DNA from: Geosiphon pyriformis uo1
Lineage: Eukaryota; Fungi; Glomeromycota
Assembly: GCA_016748015.1 (NCBI GenBank)
Contig: JAAOMT010000578.1
Span: 9,153 to 35,259 of the forward strand
Direction: 5' to 3'
DNA: 26,107 nt
The notes beneath the pieces are model-generated. The model did no database searches. It was not told the DNA's origin and worked only from the letters and a program-made list of their open reading frames with translations. Within the stretch, counting starts at the first letter, position 1. Each line of letters starts with the position of its first letter. Positions 21,701 to 26,107 of this stretch are shown here, piece after piece. A program made the position numbers and the translations under genes.

Positions 21701-23442
21701 ATTAGTAAAAGTTTTTTTTAGTCATATGGCTTCAGTATTATAGAAACTCAGACATGTTTCTAATATACAAATACTACATTCCCTATTAAGTATACATTAA
21801 AAATATTTAATAAACCACCCAGAATCTGTATATTATTATGCTTTCAAAGCTTATTAGAAATACTAAACAAGCCAGCAGTTTTCCTATCAGACAATTCCTT
21901 AACCATCTAAAAAAACTTATCAAACTTAATACTACACATAATATCTAAAAATGTATTATTATTAACATAATCTAAAGAAACATATTGGTTGAATTATTGA
22001 GCAGACAAAATATTAAGGATTATGTGCTTTTTTGTCCATCCTTTCATAATACTGTTAATTGTGAACTTAACTTTATTAGACACCAGAATTAAATTATTAT
22101 CTACTATTAGATGGTTAAGAACCACTTTTTGAAATGACCACTTCAAACCATTTTTAATTATTCAGTTTTTATCAAAGCAAAAATTTTCTATGTATTTGTT
22201 AATTGTTTTTCTAATTAAAACATTCTTGGCAATTCTAGATTCATAATACTTGGACTTATAATACTTCTTCCAGATCTTTAACAAGTGATATTAAATTATC
22301 TTCAAACTCTTATTATTATTAATCATAATGCATAACTTAAAAGTCTTTTCATTATTAATAGTAGATCATGTATTAATAAAATGATTAGCATCAGAATCCT
22401 GAATCAAACTCAAACTCTTTGCCAACTTGGCCACCAATAATTAAAGTTTAAAGAATCTTAACAATTGCTTATTTTTTGAACATTCAAACTCACTAAACCA
22501 AAATCTAAAAAACACTTTATCAGCAGAACCAATCATCATATTTTTTAAAATCTCTTATATAGTGTTCAAATCTTTATCATTCCTTATACTATTAAAATTA
22601 GCCAATTTTTTCAAGAATTTGCCCAATAAACACACTCTAAAACATGACTATTTATTAGTATTAGCATTCTTAATCTTAAACTTCCATTTATTTCTATTAG
22701 TCTATTTACAATTGCTGTTGAGATAAGTATCTAAAAGACCATTCAGACCAACTAAGACCAAAACAGCTTTGTGATCTGTATTAAAGAAATCAGAAACAAA
22801 ATTAATTATATGACCAATTATTACAGACAACAAACTTTTATTCATGAAAATATAATTAATGATCTTCTCAGCACTTTTTAAATTGCTCCAAATAGAAGCT
22901 TTGACCAGTAAATGTTTATTAAAAAAATTAATCAAACTCAAATTCAAGCAAAACTTAAAACTTACACTTCTCTTAGATCTATTTTTATTGAAATCTTCAC
23001 TTAAAACTGCAAAAGTACTAGAGTTAACAGTTTTAGCAATAAAAAAGTTGACTTCTAAAGTCTGACCAAACCTAGCCTTAGCAAAAGCACTAGCATATAA
23101 ATTCAAAATTGCAATCAAAAGCTTGTCTTTAAAGAGAAGCCAAACTAAAACAAGATAACCAGAGATTTCCTCAATCTTAAAAACATGATATACAAGAGAA
23201 TTGTTCATGATAATTGTCACTTCAGCACTAAAAAACTTTTTGTTTAAGCCAAACAAAAAAATTTTTATCTCATTAAACTTGTTTATAATCTATGGTCTAA
23301 TATCAGATCTTAACTTTATTTTTGTAATATTTGAAATTATGTTTTCTGATTCTTTATGTTAACAAACAATGTCTTTCTGTTTGGCAGAAATGTTAAGATC
23401 CTAAACATTGTACATAGCAAACTTTTAAACCAAATCAGTTAT
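18759..23442 (-). pseudogene. LINE-B ORF2: APE, RT, RNase H
   Basis: APE: ILNLYA, VLSEDFN, KIINYIF, FNTDHKAV. RT: GVFMDNTIW, INTNKT, YRYLGIF. RNase H: VYTDKS, LAKLQ, FTDSQA, KVKKHSGIVDNECAN. Confidence 0.9.
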
Positions 23443-24747
23443 TGAGATAAAAAGTTCTTAAAGAAAACCAAGCCAATACACAATTAATCTAACTTTGTCA
23501 GAACTAAACCAACAAAAACCTTAAGAGCCATCAATTTTGACTCCAAACAGCCCACTTTGGTAGTCAAAACTTTTAAATTACTCAAACCCAAAGCTGAAAC
23601 ATCAGAAAAAACAAAAGAAAAAAATAAAAACATCAACTTAGAATCATTTAAAATCATATTCAAATCCAAATCCAAATCAGCAGTCATTAGGGTAACCAAG
23701 TCATAAAAGAAAAGAAGAGGAGCCAAAGGCACCAATTTTATGTTGCTGAGTTTGTATATTATGTTAGAAACCTGATTAGTCAAAAGCTTTAAAAAACATT
23801 TTAAAGAGATCAAACAAACATCTAAGGATAAGTTATCAGTTAAAATAGGAGAAAAATTACCACCCAAACTCAAAGCACCAGAAAGAAGAAAACCAGAACC
23901 AGCAAACAAACCATAAAAAGAAAATGTCATCAAAATTACTTAAACTCATGACTTGTCATTAAAGACAGCAGAATAGAAGATAAGAACATTCCTTTTAGCA
24001 TATAATTTTGCTAATTAGAAGTAATTTGCATCAAAAACAGCCTTTTTAAATATTTTTGGAAGTATAAAAATAGATGTATCTAATGTATTATATTCTAAAA
24101 CTAAGTGGCCAAATCTTTCATACTTTTTACACCAAACCAAATCTATTCTTACTCAAAAAAGTTTTATATCACTCAAAATTGGCTCTGTGTGAAAGATAGA
24201 TTCAAGATTTTTTTTCAATTTGAAACCAACTATAGTACAACAAACTCAGTTGCCAGTATCAAGCAAGTAATTAATAATGTATGTTTTTCTACCAGTTCTA
24301 TTCAAAAGAGTTCTAAGATCATAAGCCATTGTTTCTACTAACAAAGTAAACAAAAGCACTTTAAACCAATCTCTTGAAATCTAAATATTACAATCTTTCA
24401 CAGCTTTTGCAACATGCACTAAATTTTTTCTGATTAGAAATAATCATCTAGTTACTAGCTAATCAGTCTGATTTGATTTGGTAAATTCTACCACAGCTTT
24501 TTGCTACAGCCCAATAAGTTGCAATTAGATTGACACTACTTGACCAAATTCAAACAGAGCTACAATGATTATTTTCTTCAGTATATCTATAAGAATTTTT
24601 TTAATTACTATGATCCAATTTGAATAAATTTTTTGTCTTTTGAGATTGCTGTTTATGGCAATCTTTTTTTTTCTGGCCAATGATACAGCCTTCTTTATGC
24701 TTTGTTCTAAAGTAAAAGTAAATCAAATAATCTCTTCAAACTTTAAG
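23439..24747 (-). pseudogene. LINE-B ORF1, 3' part
   Basis: KFEEII... through KVGCLESKLMALKVFVGLVLTKLD...LSQ*, colinear with LINE-A ORF1. Confidence 0.85.
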
Positions 24748-24879
24748 NNNNNNNNNNNNNNNNNNNNNNNNNNNNNNNNNNNNNNNNNNNNNNNNNNNNN
24801 NNNNNNNNNNNNNNNNNNNNNNNNNNNNNNNNNNNNNNNNNNNNNNNNNNNNNNNNNNNNNNNNNNNNNNNNNNNNNNN
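24748..24879. other. Assembly gap (132 N)
   Basis: Run of N. Confidence 1.
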
Positions 24880-25344
24880 CTTGAAATTCCCTCAACACAA
24901 CTAACGTTTTGAAATTGATTAGCTACCAATTTCAATAAACTGTTAGTGACTCCAGGCCTGGATAGAAAACGTTTTCTTTGATAAAATTCTATTTCTTTTA
25001 CATTTTTTTTATTTTCTTTTCTTTTTTTATCATAATATTGGGGTAGTCTACAGACGAAATTCCTGTAGAAGAGTTGACTTTCACAGCAAAGTAACTACAC
25101 ATTTTTAGTAAGCTTCCAGACAAGCAATTTCTGGGAAAGAGTTGATGTTTACTACAATGTAATTACATAAAGTAACTGGCAAGGAATTGGCCATTCTACT
25201 TATAAGCCCAGCAGTTCAAATTATAGGAGATAATTTGAAGATAAATTCAGTTACTGGAGGTCCAACTACTTCCTAAAAACGTGAATTAACAGCAAATTAA
25301 CATTAATAACATTTAAAAAAAGAGACCAAAAACCTCTAATAACA
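24880..25344 (+). mobile_element. 3' half of a third LTR of the same Gypsy family (3' LTR of a collapsed element, or a solo LTR)
   Basis: Aligns to about 8081-8550 and ends ATAACA, followed by LINE ORF1 sequence rather than a PBS. Its own indels and transversions indicate an independent insertion. Confidence 0.93.
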
Positions 25345-25457
25345 CCAAGAACAATCTTTTTTTTCTGTAAAAAAAAACCACCAGCAAGACCATAAAAAAC
25401 ACTTTTGAGGGCTTTCTTTTTTGATATGTTGCCACTTAAAACAGCTTTTAACTTCAT
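25345..25457 (-). pseudogene. LINE-B ORF1, N-terminal fragment
   Basis: MKLKAVLSGNISKKKALKSVFYGLAGGFFLQKKKIVLG matches LINE-A 18494-18380. Confidence 0.85.
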
Positions 25458-25573
25458 AAAAAAAGAATTATTAGGTAAAAAAATATTAAAAAAAACAAAA
25501 AACTTATTTTTCAGAAATGTGTTTTTTGAAGAATTTTGGGTAAAGAGAAGAAAGAAGTTTTTTTTAATTGTAA

Positions 25574-26107
25574 ATATTTTATAGTAATAATATTATATTT
25601 TTTGTTAATTTCTAAAAATTTTTTAGTAATTTACTTAAAATATTGTTTTTTTATATTTTAAACAACTTAATTAATTTTAATAAATTTTATAAATATTTTA
25701 TTAATATATATTCAAAATAATAATAAATATTAAAATTTTAATGCAAATTTTTTTATAAGTAATAAAAATAATAAAACTATAATTAAAGTATTGTAAATTA
25801 TCAAAAAAAATAGTTATAATAAATTTTTTTTATAAACAAAATTTAATTACTATCTAATATAATACAACTATCTAAAATTCTAAATTAAATAAAATTTATG
25901 TACTTATTATATATAATTAGTTATTTAATTAATTAAAACAATACTATAAAACTATTTTAATAAATATATTAATAATTATATTAAAAAAATATATATAATT
26001 AATTTTTAATTTAAAACTAATAATATGTTTTTAATAACTTTTAATAAATATAAATTATTACTTTTAAAAAATTTGAAATATTAATACATATTATATTATT
26101 ATTATTT
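25574..26107. repeat. Extremely AT-rich low-complexity tract
   Basis: Very few G/C and no ORFs. Confidence 0.6.

Larger units (their letters stand above)
18626..25573 (-). mobile_element. LINE-B: second full-length LINE of the same group (diverged subfamily), more heavily mutated, with ORF1 interrupted by an LTR and the gap
   Basis: Same domain order as LINE-A, A-tail at 18632-18626, and a 5' end (TTACAATTAAAAAAAACTTC) homologous to LINE-A. Confidence 0.9.

Noticed and set aside
1-26107. CRISPR arrays, tRNA/rRNA genes, prokaryotic operons
   Set aside because: No repeat-spacer periodicity or structured-RNA signature was seen, and the content is eukaryotic retroelement DNA.

Overview
AT-rich eukaryotic window, probably fungal; the peptides remind me of Glomeromycotina such as Geosiphon, but that is from memory and unverified. 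It is almost entirely a nest of decayed retrotransposons. (1) 1-693, minus strand: the 5' part of an apparently intact two-exon gene with a coiled-coil head, a 128-nt intron and a Walker-A P-loop NTPase (QASGTGKSRL), a candidate Crinkler/CR-type effector. (2) About 840-2131 and 25574-26107: roughly 90% AT deserts. (3) Two full-length, pseudogenised RNase H-bearing LINEs lie head-to-tail on the minus strand (LINE-A 2132-18625, LINE-B 18626-25573). (4) A complete 9.8-kb Ty3/Gypsy element (7568-17362, plus strand; 983/984-bp LTRs, 4-bp TSD CCAC, PBS, PPT) sits in ORF1 of LINE-A. It carries unusual cargo: an N-terminal extension, Gag, protease, a Cys-rich domain, dUTPase, a second degenerate dUTPase-like fold, RT, RNase H, a possibly separate integrase ORF and an extra 3' ORF. 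(5) Another LTR of the same family sits in ORF1 of LINE-B beside an N-gap. All repeats show massive C>T/G>A hypermutation (hand count: about 62 transitions vs 2 transversions between the paired LTRs, about two-thirds outside CpG), while the host gene keeps its CpGs. This suggests a RIP-like repeat-directed mutator with a non-canonical context.
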